64,000 nucleotides of DNA. It comes from Monocercomonoides exilis PA203. Its lineage: Eukaryota > Protista > Preaxostyla. Shown here one piece after another: positions 1-12,200 of the stretch. The first letter of the stretch is position 1, and each line of letters begins with the position of its first letter. A program made the translations under genes and the position numbers. Location: the NCBI GenBank assembly GCA_001643675.2, contig LSRY02000007.1, forward strand, positions 744,001 to 808,000, given 5' to 3'. The notes beneath the pieces were generated by a model. That model saw only the letters and a list, made by a program, of their open reading frames with translations, had not been told where the DNA came from and searched no databases.

Positions 1-375
1 GGTCAATTTCCATGATTGAAGAATTGAAACACTTCAAACAACCCTCAATTTCGCTGAATTGGAAATAATTCACATTTTTGAAATTTTCATTATCACTATT
101 AAATTCATTGTTGTTGCATTCTTCAACTTTCAAAAAATCTTTCACTCCAATTTCACTTCTATTCATTTCATCAATAAATCTTTTGACGTCATCTCTCCAT
201 TTTATTGTTTCTTGATTGAACGATATATATATTTTTGGTGCATATTTCTTTTTGCTTCAGTCATTTTTTCTTGTTTCATATTTTCTTCGATCAAACTTGG
301 ATCTTCTTTTGCGGCAAGAAGATTCACGCAAAACAAACAAACGATAAAAGCAAGTATTCCCATTCCAGATAGCAT
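1..375 (-). pseudogene. 5' part of a secreted/surface-protein gene, frameshifted at an (AT)5 tract; continues off the left edge
   Basis: ATG at 375 gives MLSGMGILAFIVCLFCVNLLAAKEDP... (signal-peptide-like) and stops at TAA 204-202. Removing one AT unit from 223-232 joins it to a frame open to position 1 (..KYISFNQETIKWRDDVKRFIDEMNRSEIG..). Not in the ORF track. Confidence 0.6.
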
Positions 376-602
376 TTTTACTCTCCCTCAATGAAAATAA
401 TACAATTATTCTGTATAGTAAAAAATATTTATTTGTTATGGGTGTAACAAAAAATTATTTTGGATAATTTTATTAAATTATCAAAAATAATAACGTTTAC
501 AAAATAAATATTTATATATTTTGAACAATAAGAAATTATGTTCACTTTTTCAGAAAAATATCTTCGTGATTTTTATTGTTGAATTTTCGAGATCATAAAT
601 TA

Positions 603-810
603 GGCTGATCCTTTTTGAAATCATACATTCGTTCGAATTTTGATCAAAATTTTTAACTTAATGGGATTTAGAAAAAATGAACTTAAACTGTTAATACATG
701 TTGTTCATGATGTTGTTATTGCAGAAACATATTTTTTTCTTTAAAATCCTATTGAGACTAAGTTTTTGATCAAAACTCGAACGAAAGAATGATTTCAAAA
801 AGGATCAGCC
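603..810. mobile_element. MITE-like non-coding element with ~80 bp imperfect terminal inverted repeats
   Basis: Left arm 603-679 GGCTGATCCTTTTTGAAATCATACATTCGTTCGAATTTTGATCAAAA.. matches the reverse complement of 728-810 (GGCTGATCCTTTTTGAAATCATTCTTTCGTTCGAGTTTTGATCAAAA..). Spacer ~48 bp. A third arm copy lies at 63793-63871. No clear target-site duplication. Confidence 0.65.
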
Positions 811-1448
811 ATATAAGATAGTGTATTCGTGTTTCATTAAATCAAATCGAAAAAATTGTTAAAAAATATATTCTGACGAAAAATATTTATTTTTATATGG
901 TTAGTGTTAATAATGGTAAACACTAACTATTCTGCAACATTCTATTCAATGATAAAATCAAACAAATATATGCGTCAAACAAAACATTCATAAACCAGCT
1001 TTTGAAGAATTTTATTATTGAACAAAACAAAAAATTAAAAGATATACAACAATTGAGAAACAGCAAACTGTAATCAAACTTTTTGAAAGCCTGCTCCCTA
1101 AAAAAAACTCACGCCAATCAAAGCATGGTTCCGACAAGCGTATTCACTAAAAGAATTGTTGTCAATTAATTAAAAGATACAGTATTATTGAAATCTTCTT
1201 GAAATATTCATAGTTAACTTCTACTCCAAGCCGCAGCTAAGCGTTCCAATTGGATTCACATCTTTTTGATTTTTGATCAAATCATTGAAAAATGTTTCTT
1301 CAAACGAATAACGAAACAAAATACTCATGCATTTGGTTTTTTTTACTCAAAGATATAAAAATAAGTTCGATTCGATGAATTTCTTTTTCTGCAGCGAGCT
1401 CAGAAATAGTAATTATCCAAAATATGACAAATTAAGCATTTTTAAAAT

Positions 1449-1695
1449 ATATGTCAAAATTTTTTTGAAAAGTTCCATTTGTTAAATTTTTAAAAAATGA
1501 AAAATTTCATATTTCTATTAAATTTCTGTTTTCACTCACCAAATTTCGCTGTCATGAAAACAAAATATTGACAATGTTATTATTTCCATTTCAGTGAAGT
1601 TTCGTGAGTGGGAACAGAAATTTGATTGAAGAAAGTGATTTTTGTTTTATTTGAAAATTCAACAAAAGGAACTTTTCAAAAAAATTTAGACATAT
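1449..1695. repeat. ~247 bp imperfect palindrome (foldback) centred near 1572
   Basis: ATATGTCAAAATTTTTTTGAAAAGTTCCATTTGTT..AAATTTCTGTTTTCACTCACCAAATTTCGCTG versus reverse complement of the right half ATATGTCTAAATTTTTTTGAAAAGTTCCTTTTGTT..AAATTTCTGTTCCCACTCACGAAACTTCACTG. Essentially no spacer. Confidence 0.85.
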
Positions 1696-2712
1696 GTGCA
1701 TTTTTGAATATTTTTTTGAATAAATTTAAATAAATAATAATAAATGTAATAATGACCTGAAAGTGAGCTCCAAGGATTCAATGAACAATGAGTTACAAAT
1801 TTTTTCAAATTTCACAAAAATATGTCAGTTCCGAATTTGAAACTGATGGTTGCATGTTTAACGAATGCAATAAAGAAATATTACAACTTTTCATACGAAT
1901 AGAACGAAAAGCTAAGATATGAATGAAACATTATTCAAAGTCTCACAAGATAAAGAATGTTCATTTTTTTGAATTTCGATTGGTTCGAAAAATTGTGTTG
2001 GAAAATAATGATTCCATAAAGAATTTCCCATTTGCACATAACTGGATAAATTATTGGAATTTAATTTTCAATACTCGTCTTTCTATTTGGATTTCCAAAA
2101 AAAAAAAGTTTGTGTTATTAAATCACGCTCCTAAAAAATTTTCAAACAAATCAAAATTTCAAAATACTGAAAATTAGCAAATAATCTTCAATATTATTAA
2201 AAATTTGTTTGCTTTTTTGTCAACGACAGCTAATGAAAACTTAAAAAAATGACAACATTTCAAAAATAACAATCTCAACAATGAGATAGGAAAAAATAAA
2301 AAAAACCACAGTTTTTTCATCTTCCTCATAAGAGAAAGATCTAGTTAAATTATAATTTCATCCAACATCACAAGTCAGTTAAAATCTCACAGAAGAGTTA
2401 AAGAACTCAAATAAATTGCACAAATGGCAATATCAAAAAGAGCAAATACGAGAAGTCTCGTATTTCGAAAACATAAAATAAAATCGGAAATATTAAGAAA
2501 ATACACAAAAGACGAAGTTTATACGAATCTCTTGTTATATTTCGGTCTGTAAAGCATTCTTAAAACGTCTTTTTTAAACTTTATTACAACAAATTTTTCA
2601 AATATTGTGAACACAACATAACATGTGCACAAAAACATAACATTGAAATCAATCAATAATTAAAAAAATAAAAATTGAAAAATAAAAACTGAGAAAATTG
2701 AAACATTCCAAT

Positions 2713-5700
2713 TCAATAATCCGTTTCTTTCATTGCGTTGTATTGCCTGCGCTTTTTAAATCGAACTGCACATACAATCGTCACAACCACAACCACAACA
2801 GCAACAACAGCAAAAGCGCCCACAGAAACAATAATCGCAATAAGCTGTGCTTTCGTCAATTTCTTTGGACTGTTCTCGTTTGTCTCGCTTTTCTTCTGCT
2901 TCACCATAATTGCATTGATTGAATGCTTCTTTTCTCCATTTATAATTCCGCTCGGATAAGTCAAGCGACAGACAACTGATGTGTAATCATCAACTTCAAG
3001 CAAAGACGGAGGAATCCTCACTTTCATTTCTGTCTCATTCACATATTCTGAAACTGGGCAATTTGTCCACTTCATTTCTTCTCCTTTCCTTTTTTTCGAA
3101 GCCTCAAATGTCAGTCCACAAGGAAACAGATACAATCCATGCACAACTGCTTCAATTTCTTTCTCAATTTCATTTTTGCTATGAAGTTCATTCTTTTCGC
3201 TAGCTTCTTCTTCTCTTTTCAGCGTAACATTCTTCAAAACGGGTGAAAAGAAATATGAATCCATGTTCTCAACAACTGTTCCACTTGGCTCTTTTTCGGT
3301 AACCATTCCAAACGGCTTTCCATCAAGTCCATCGCTTCCTGGAGACAACGATTCAACATGAATCCAATAATGCCCACTTTCATTGAATTGAATATTGTGC
3401 CGCAAAGATGGAAATTTCTCCCACCCTGCATTAATTGGATGGTTGTTAACAAAGCTACAGTTGTACAAATTCAACGAACCAAGAGAAGAAAATATGACTC
3501 CATCGCTGATGTCAACGAACGTGCTGTCATTTATATCTGTTGAACCTGTACCGTTCAGAAAAACAAGCCCTGAATCCCACGAACACAACAGATTGTTCTC
3601 TTCACTTCCATAATTCAAATGCTCCTCATTTTTAACGCTCCAAAAAGATCTGAGGCCATTAGCCGTCTCATCGCTTCCACGTTGACTTCTTTGGGTGATG
3701 TTTTTGTTTCTTCCGTAAATAACAAGTTGTGAAAATTCTTGAGAAATGCGTTCAAATTCAATCAGCCGATATGGAAGCAATTGCCCTTCTCCTCCAAGCA
3801 CGTTTTCACCTTTCAAGCCGGTGAACCAAGGCCGAAAAACAACGTCAACAACACGAATACTATTTCTTCCATACAACACATTCAGCGCATCTCCTTCAAT
3901 GGCATCTGGATATTCAATGTCAATGTGATTAAACGAAAAAAAAGTGTTTTCGCCTCCAAGCACTGCAATCGATTTTCCTGCCTTCAAATTTGCGCCAATT
4001 CGAAGTGTTCCCCTGTTCTCTTCACTTTTTGCTGAAGGCATCGATAAAGAACCAGCCATCGAAGAAAATGCTGTTCTTTGACAGCCAGAAAACGGCTCAT
4101 TCACAAGCACTTTTCCAATGATATGCAATGACATGCGATTTCTCCATGTTTCACGCTTGGCCATGCCACTCAGCTGAGAGCACGGCTTTTCTTTTCGCCC
4201 ACACGTTTTCTCGTTGCTTGCTTTTTCGCCTCCGACATAGATGTTTTCTGAATGGTATGGCAACATATTCTCTTTGTCTGCCATCAGGTCAATTATTCTT
4301 CCCTCTTTCCGATCTTCAAGCAATATGTAATTCTGCTTCCCGTAAATCCCTTCCATCTCGAAATAAAACTGCTCTTCGTCGATCTGCTCTTTTCCTGTTG
4401 GAAATGAAAAATAAATATATTCCCCTTTCTCTGCTGCACAATTGGAGAACATAAATTCTTTCAATGTAAGTTTCAGTGTTTTTGTTGCTTCGTCTGCTGC
4501 TTGAATAAACATTGCTCCTCCTTTTGATTCATCATTCACTTGAACATTCAGCCCATCTGCGTTCTCGTTTGCTTTTCCGCACGAACAATTCGAGAAATGC
4601 ATTCGAAAAAATATGCAAGCATGCTCGCTATTCGTTATTTCCAAATATATCGCACCTCCCAATCTGTGCTCTGCTGACCAGCAATTTGTAAATGTGCAGC
4701 CATCAAATTTTGCAGATTGACACCCTCCCATTACAGCCACGACCGATTGAGTTTCACTATTTGAAGTGATGGTGTCCAATTTCATGGAAAAAATATCAAT
4801 TTTTTGAGAAGATTCAGCAAGTATCAGTGCATTGGAAGATACAAAATTTGTGATCTCAACATATTGAAATGTCATTTTCCCCGACTTGCATTCAATAAGC
4901 ACGCAGCTCAGTCCATTCCCAGCTTCTGTATTGCTGATATTCAATCTGACCATTTCAATTTGCGAGTCTTCTCCTTCCACAACAATTAGTCCCTGATTTC
5001 TTCCACTTTCGCGTTTTGTATCCACGCAAATTTCAGCATAGCCAATGTATAAATACCCTTTGCCTTTCACATAAAACAGAGCATCCCCATTTTTCACTTT
5101 CCTTTCGTCCAAAGCTGTTGTGACACGAATTATGCTTTCGTCTCCGTTATCAAGTTTGATGCGACGCCCATCAATAACAATTGGCTCAGTGTCAAATTTA
5201 TTGCAATTTTCTGCTGTGCGGATCTGTAACATCCCTTCGGGCTTGCAGCGAGCCACTGCCTTTTTAATAGTTTTGCATGGCGCATTTCCAGAAAGACCAC
5301 ATTCTTCGTTGTCAACCCCGTTTTCTCCATCCACTTTAACTTCACTTTCATCGTTTCTTTGCATTTCTTTATACATAATTTTCACTTGTCCTTCAGCAAA
5401 ACTTTTCTCGTTGTCTTTTTGCGAGCTGAAATTGTCCAAGTCTCCAAAACCCCTTTTGTTCCTCTTATCTGCGTCACCATCAGCTTTTTCTGTAATTTCT
5501 TTATATCCCCAGAAACGTGTGGGAGAATTGAGACTCGGGCAATCAATTCCTACAGAAGCACAATTCTCTTTTCTCGAGAAAAACGCATTCCCCTTTTCTC
5601 TGGTTGTTTGCATGTCTTCCCCTCCTTTCTCATCAACGCAATTAATATCGCAGATGCAGCACAAAGCGCTCACAAACAAAAATATAAAGCCGTGTTTTTA

Positions 5701-5730
5701 CCAGAAAGAATCTTTTTTGATCTTGACCAT
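2713..5730 (-). CDS. Type I membrane surface protein with Pmp/parallel beta-helix-like repeats (~1,000 aa); the signal-peptide region carries an in-frame TAA (possible pseudogene)
   Basis: 988-codon ORF with GVDNEECGLSGNAPCKTI and ASNEKTCGRKEKPCSQL Cys motifs, FTNC..GGAIYL / GGAMFI / FSNC repeats, a C-terminal TM helix (LIAIIVSVGAFAVVAVVVVVVTIVCAV), KKRR and a short tail. The in-frame ATG at 5730 is separated from the ORF by TAA at 5700-5698. Confidence 0.75.
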
Positions 5731-6284
5731 ATTTTTATACAAATTAATCTTTATTCAAAAATACAATCAAAAATGAATTAATTAACTCAATTACAATTTT
5801 CTTTCATGTTGAAGCAGGTATTCTCTGATAAAGAAAAACAAAAGCTATTCATTATCTCAAATCAAAACTTTTTTCATTTTGAAACCCAAACATAATTTCT
5901 TCCAAAAAAGAAAACAAAGATCCATAAGAAAAGATATTCAGCTATTCATTGTTAATCACTCTTTTTGCTTAAAAGTTATTTCTAGGATTATTAGATCTTT
6001 CATATGAAGCATAAAATCATATTTTTGATAATTAAATATTTTGATGTGAACAATGAACAACAAATAAATTCATGAAAACAAACAAAAATATAAAGGAGTC
6101 GTGAAAAATAAACAACTGTATGAAACAAAACCAAAAAAATATAAACACGATAAAACAGAAACAAGTACTAATTTCACAACAATTATCAACATCCTATAAA
6201 AAAAAACTCAACGTGTGAATATAAAAGATTTATAAAAAGGTTCAAAATATAGCTATTTCAACTTAAAACAATTGAACAAACAAA

Positions 6285-9200
6285 TTAATTAACACTATCA
6301 TTTTCCAAAGAATCCTGAATTTCGCTTTTCAATTTATTTTTTGCCTTTTTATCTTTCTTTTTTTCCTTTTTTTCCTTTTTATCTTTTTTTTCCTGTTTAT
6401 CTTTCCCCTTTTTCTTTTTCTTTGCTTCTTTTTCTTTTTCCAAATTATTCGCTGATTCATTTTCGTTATCATTATCGCTTTCAATATTCAAAGACTTTCT
6501 TCTAATGCCACTGATATAAACGAACAAAGACGAGATTTTGTTGTAAGAAGATACATTTTTTGCAGATTTATTTCCAGGCTTGACGCTCCGTAAAGGCTGG
6601 ATAAGGGATTCGCACACTTCAGCAATCATCTGCAAGACTGGCGAATGCGCAATGCTTTCAAAAGAAAGAGGAACCAATTGCATATGGTAAAAAATATTTG
6701 CAACTTCTTCCCAGCAATCATCAATCCGAGAATCTACTGTTTTGATAAGCTGGCTTGGAGTTTGCCCTTTTTGTATTTGAGCATCTATAGAGTCAACAAA
6801 TTCAATGATTTGATCGTTTGATGAGCCATGTAGTAATTCAAGTTCATCATGTTGAGGCAATGAATTCAATCCAGATGATAATGTTGATGTATCATCTTTG
6901 GCGTTTGTTGTTTTTTGATCCAAATTCTTTTCTGCTAATTCATCATTTGAAACAGACAGATTGCTAATGGACACATCACCTTCATTCGAACATTTACAAC
7001 TTTCTTTATCCTTTTCCGACGCAGATGTAATTTCTTTTCCAGAATTATTACTCTTTTTATCGCGAAGAGATTTTCTTTTAGCATTTAATATTATCAGCTC
7101 ATTTATTACATTTATAAGGGTGCCCAAATACAGAAATAGAATATCAGAAAATAATGATGGCCATGAAACTTGAAGATTTTTGAAGTAATTGAAGGAAGAA
7201 TTATACATTCCGTTTGATAATACGTGTTGTTTTGTGATATCTCTTTTTTCATCAACATGAATATGAAGGCAACGACCTTCTTTTAATTGGAATAGGAGAG
7301 AAGGTGAAGCAGAAATTTGAGTCGGGAAAGAAAGCGAAGATGCAACAGGAGATTTACAGGCAGTTAAAGAATTGTGCAACAGATCTGATGTTATTGCCAA
7401 TGATTCTGTTGAAGAACTTAAAGCTTTATTGAGCAGCATTTGAGTGGGATATAATTCATAGTGCTCTGAAGAATTCGAACAGTTTGATGACAAAGCAATT
7501 GAATTTAGAGAAGCATATAACCGTTCAATAACATCCGTTTTTTGGGGAGTTGAAAGGCATCGTAACGCATTTGCAGAATATGTTCTTTCTGATGCAGAAG
7601 CGAAAATTGAGTACAAACCAGAGAATCCTCGAGGAATAGTGCTATATGAAAAATATGTTGGATGAGTCTCTATGCATTGCAATATGAGTGCTGGCAAAGG
7701 CCCAAAAGATGAAGGATACAAATAATATGCCTCAGACTTTTCTTGATTTGATGAAATATTTAGCTCTTGTGGAGTATCGGAAGGCAGTATTGAGGGCTCT
7801 GAATCATGGAGAATCATACTTTTTAGCAAAAAAGTAGTTTTGTTACAGATCTTTTTCATCATGGATTCCTTTTGATGATATAAAGGAATATAAATCCAGT
7901 CATTTGCTTGCAACTGATGATCCCGAAGTCTATTTTTTCTCTGCATGCAGATATCGCCAAACCAATCTCTACTAAATGAAAGTGGCTGTGGAAGCGAGGA
8001 AATAAGTTGCCATTCGACTTCCATCACAAAATAAAACAGACTCCACAATTGCTTTGAAAGGCGAATAGGATGCAATTGAGAGCCGTTACATCCTTCCCAG
8101 CGACAGAATGGATACGGTGCAGCATCAGTTGACTTGAAACTGTCAAAACTTACGAAAATGGACAAGAAAGGATAAACAGAGCGCAAAAGCGATTTGTCCA
8201 GAGTCGAAGCAGGGCGTGAAAAGATATCCACAGATGAAGAAGCAGTGAAATCTGAGATGATTGTTGCTGTTCGGCATTCTGATGGGATATTTGGTAACTG
8301 CTTGGTTTTACCTGAAGCTTCAGCTAATTCTTCGCGTTGAAGGTCGACCCATTCACGTTTAGTTATGGATAAAAGGAGAAGATGAGTTATTGCTCTGCAA
8401 AGGACGAAAAGTTGATATGAAACATTGCCATTTGAACAAGATGAACTTGCAATTGAATCACTATTGCTTGCAGAACCAACATCTTCCGTTTGCTCTTGTC
8501 CATCTGCTGAAGCAAGCACTGAGCTAGCAAATGATGGCAACAAAGAGGCTTGCGAACTTTCAGCAATCAAAGGCGATGGGGAAGTTTTAACCTCTGTTGA
8601 CAAAATGTTTTGTGGCGATTCATCTATGTCTGCTAATGATGTAGCGTCAATGCTCATTGATAATGCAGAAGGAGATGGATGCATTGACAAAGACTCCAAC
8701 AATGGTGAATCAACAGATGAGACAGAAGCGTTGTTTGACGCTAAAGAAGACACAGACGAAGAAGTTGGAATTTGATTCTTGCAGCTTTCTTCTTCTTTCG
8801 ATTGCATTTGTTTGGTTCCATCAAACTCGTTATTCTTCCGCACTTTTTGTATAATGGCATTCCTTTCCTTGTGGTAATCAAATGGTAGATGATAGATCAA
8901 TTTTGATTGAGAATCCAATTTTATTCCACTGAGGGAGTATTCTTTCAGCATTGGGCAAAACGCAAACGCGTCTTGCGAAAGAAATACATAAACAGAAAGC
9001 GTGCGAACCAAATTAACAACTGCAGTTGAAAAATGACGCATATACTTGACAGTTAAAGGCTCTCTTGAACGGAATACAACCTTTGCGCTCAGAGAAGGAA
9101 GCGGTCGATCAAATGTTTCAAAAAGAGGATCTGAAGCCCAAGATATACAAGGAGAAGGAAGTGATGCTGTGAAGCTGAGCGGCGTTGTGACTTCAAAAGG

Positions 9201-12200
9201 ATATCGATAAGATGTGATGAACGCGATATTATCAGCCTTCGGAGGTATGTAGAAGAAAAGTGGAGGAGATGTTGGATTATCCAAAGATACAAGACATGGA
9301 ACAATTGTTTTCTTTAATGACAAAACAGGTTCAAGAGCCAGTCTTTCCTTTGGCTCGTTTCTTTTGAGTTTTGTTTGCATAATCACCCCCAGCATAGAAG
9401 TCTCTTTGAAATAGTATTTGCGATACTTTCCATTTACAAATGGAGAAATGTCGGTTATGCACTCATCGCCTGATTGTTTTCGTCCCTTATTAGATTTATC
9501 CTCGTGTATTTCATTTTCTGTGTTGTTTGCTTCTTCTTTCTCATCTCCATTAAATTGCTTCATTTTGACCCACCATCCACCATCTTCAAACTCACAGCAC
9601 AAAGCATCCATCAACAAGGCAGCGCCAGGTTTCCAAACAGAGCTCATCACACTCAGAAACGAGATTGCTGAAATACGCATTGGATAGCTGTAGATTGGAA
9701 GCGTAACATGAAGAATCGCACTCATGTCAATGCCAGCAACAAATGATGCAGGAGATGCTGCGGAAGGAGATATAGCGGGCACTTCTTCAGAAGGAATAAA
9801 CAAACAGTCGCTGTGCTGTTCCAAGTAAGAATCAGCAATCAGACGTAAATGAGGACGATATTTGCCTTCCGCTTTCATTCGCTCCACAAGATCATCTCTT
9901 CTCCTCTTTCTTTCTTTTTCTTCAATAAGTGTTCCATTTATTCCATAAAGCCATTCTTCCATTCGTTCTCTTGCTTTAGGTCCAGCAGGTACATCGCATG
10001 TAACATTGGCAAGTATTGCTCCCATCAAAATAGGAAGTGTCGAGAAAAGATTTGCTGAAACATTCGCATTCCAACTGAGCTTGGCATAATTTGACGGAAC
10101 AGTTAGAGATTTCGGAGAAGCTTTTTTGAGTGGATAAAACGAAGACAAAAACGATGAGTCTTTCATCACTTGAAGTTGAGAAAAAGAAGATAAAGAAGGA
10201 GAAGGGCAAATAGAAGATGTAGAAGATGCAGAAGACGATAATGCACTTGAATTGAACGAGCTTTGAGCAGTCATGGAATTTGATTCCTGATTCAACTCAG
10301 TTCCAAGTTGCATCTGAGAATAAGAATCAGCTTCTAAAGCCAAATTATCATCACTCACTGTGATATCGCTGCAAGAGAATATATCTGTTGGAGTCAGATC
10401 GAAGAAGTATTGACACATGGTAGGATGGAAGCAAGGCTGATATTGAGATATATTATTTGAACTCTTACTAACATCTTTGAATGCTTGAGAAGATTCTTGA
10501 ACATTCCGAGTTTCATTTTCTCTGTTCTGTTGTATTGATGGCTTGTAATTTGATATGAAACATTGACAATCTGTACAATCATCTGCAAGTTCTCTCACAA
10601 GCTGACTTAACACATTGGAGCACCACCGTAATAGCCTTGGAGGTAGCAAAGTGTGCCGATCATTCTCTTCGCTAAGCACGAAAATGTATGGAGTTGATTT
10701 CAATATATGTCCAGTTCGATACTCGCTTGCCGAATCTGCTTCAGTCCTTCTTTTGCTTGCTCTCGTTGCATCTGCTTCGGTATTACTAGACTTTGAACGA
10801 TGCCAAGGCAGGATTGGGACCAATGGAGTTTCTGGATCTCCAATCCATGCTGAACCAGCTGCAATATGTGACTCAGAAATAAGGCAATGATTTAGCACAG
10901 TTATGATAATTTCCCTGCGATAGATTGACAGACGAGAAAGACACAGGGAAATAAGAGAGGCACGCGTGCCATACCAATTACGAGCTGAAAGAGCGATAAA
11001 ACGCAGCAATGCAACTGATGTACGAGGAAGGAAGAAAGAATCTTCATTCGATTGATCAAATCTTCGAACAAAACGTGCATGCCTCTTGCGCACTGGATAT
11101 TCTGTGCCTAATGCAAATCGCAATCTGTCTCTAGTCGATGGGAATCGAGGTTTTCCACTTCCAGGTTTTCTCCTAAATGAGATAAAGCATCTGTCGCATA
11201 GCCATATAAACCAATCGCTTTCAATGATTGTTTTCAGTGTTCGAGTGACACTTTCTGGAGTTACAGCAGAAAATCGAGAATATCGATAGAACAAAGAGCT
11301 GAGAAGAGATAATGATAATCTGAAAAGTTCATCTGCAAATAAGATTGTTGGTGAACTGGGCGTGAAAGTTGGCTCAAGACAGTTAAGCGGAGAATATGAG
11401 CACTGACTATCAGGAGAAGCAGAACAAAACAGAAGCGTGTTCCTACGAATTGAATTATCTTCAATAATCGACGGAGGGCATGGAATCCAACCATGAGGTG
11501 TGACATAAGGCTTCACATTTGAACCATCTTGATTCGTCATCTGCTTTGGTAAAGTGCCAGTTCCAACATTTGCTTCAGGAAGAGATATTTGCTCGTTATT
11601 ATCAATTGAAGAGCAAAGCTTCGCTTTTTCTTCTTTCTCCTCCTTCAAAGCTCGCTCCCACTCATCGAATTCATCTGTTATTGGATCACCATCATCGGTT
11701 TCTTTGCCACTCATTGGCCACTCCCAGTCTCTCGGAGAAGGCCACGGAATGACAGCAAAGCACCGACACATCACACGCAGCTTTGATGTTGACCATATGG
11801 CAGCAGCTACATCGTGGAGTGTCACTCTCTCGAACGAAGAAAGATCTGGCTTCTTTTTCTCTTCATGCACAACCACAACCACCACAGCTGATTCATCTGT
11901 TGCTTCCACAATTTTCTCTTCTTTTTGATCTCTTTCATCTTCTTCTTCATCTTCTTTCGTGCCATCATTCAACAGCACTAATCCAGTCACTTGTTCACCA
12001 GATTTATTTTGAACTTTGCTCTTTTCAAGTTCTTCTCTTTCTTTCTCTTCTTTCTCTCTTTCCTCTTTCTCTCTTTCTTCTCTCTCCATCTCTCTTTCTT
12101 TCTCCATCTTTTCAATCTCTTTCTCATCTTCATCAGTTTTCCTTTTTCTTGCATGAGATAGGATTGAATCCAAAAGTCTGATTGCTCCAAGAGTTCCATA

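Noticed and set aside
59-394. 111 aa plus-strand ORF
   Set aside because: Phe/Ile-rich antisense shadow of the minus-strand leader-bearing gene.
1080-1410. Slightly GC-richer intergenic patch that may be a decayed coding relic
   Set aside because: Short broken frames with no recognisable motif; the same holds for 1750-2177.
2444-2465. 10 bp-arm palindrome AAATACGAGA-AG-TCTCGTATTT downstream of the surface gene
   Set aside because: Single short instance in AT-rich DNA; no basis for a terminator call in a eukaryote.
5698-5700. TAA reassigned to Gln, as in some oxymonads and diplomonads
   Set aside because: The 29 kb and 13 kb ORFs contain no in-frame TAA/TAG and several genes end in TAA, so the code is standard.
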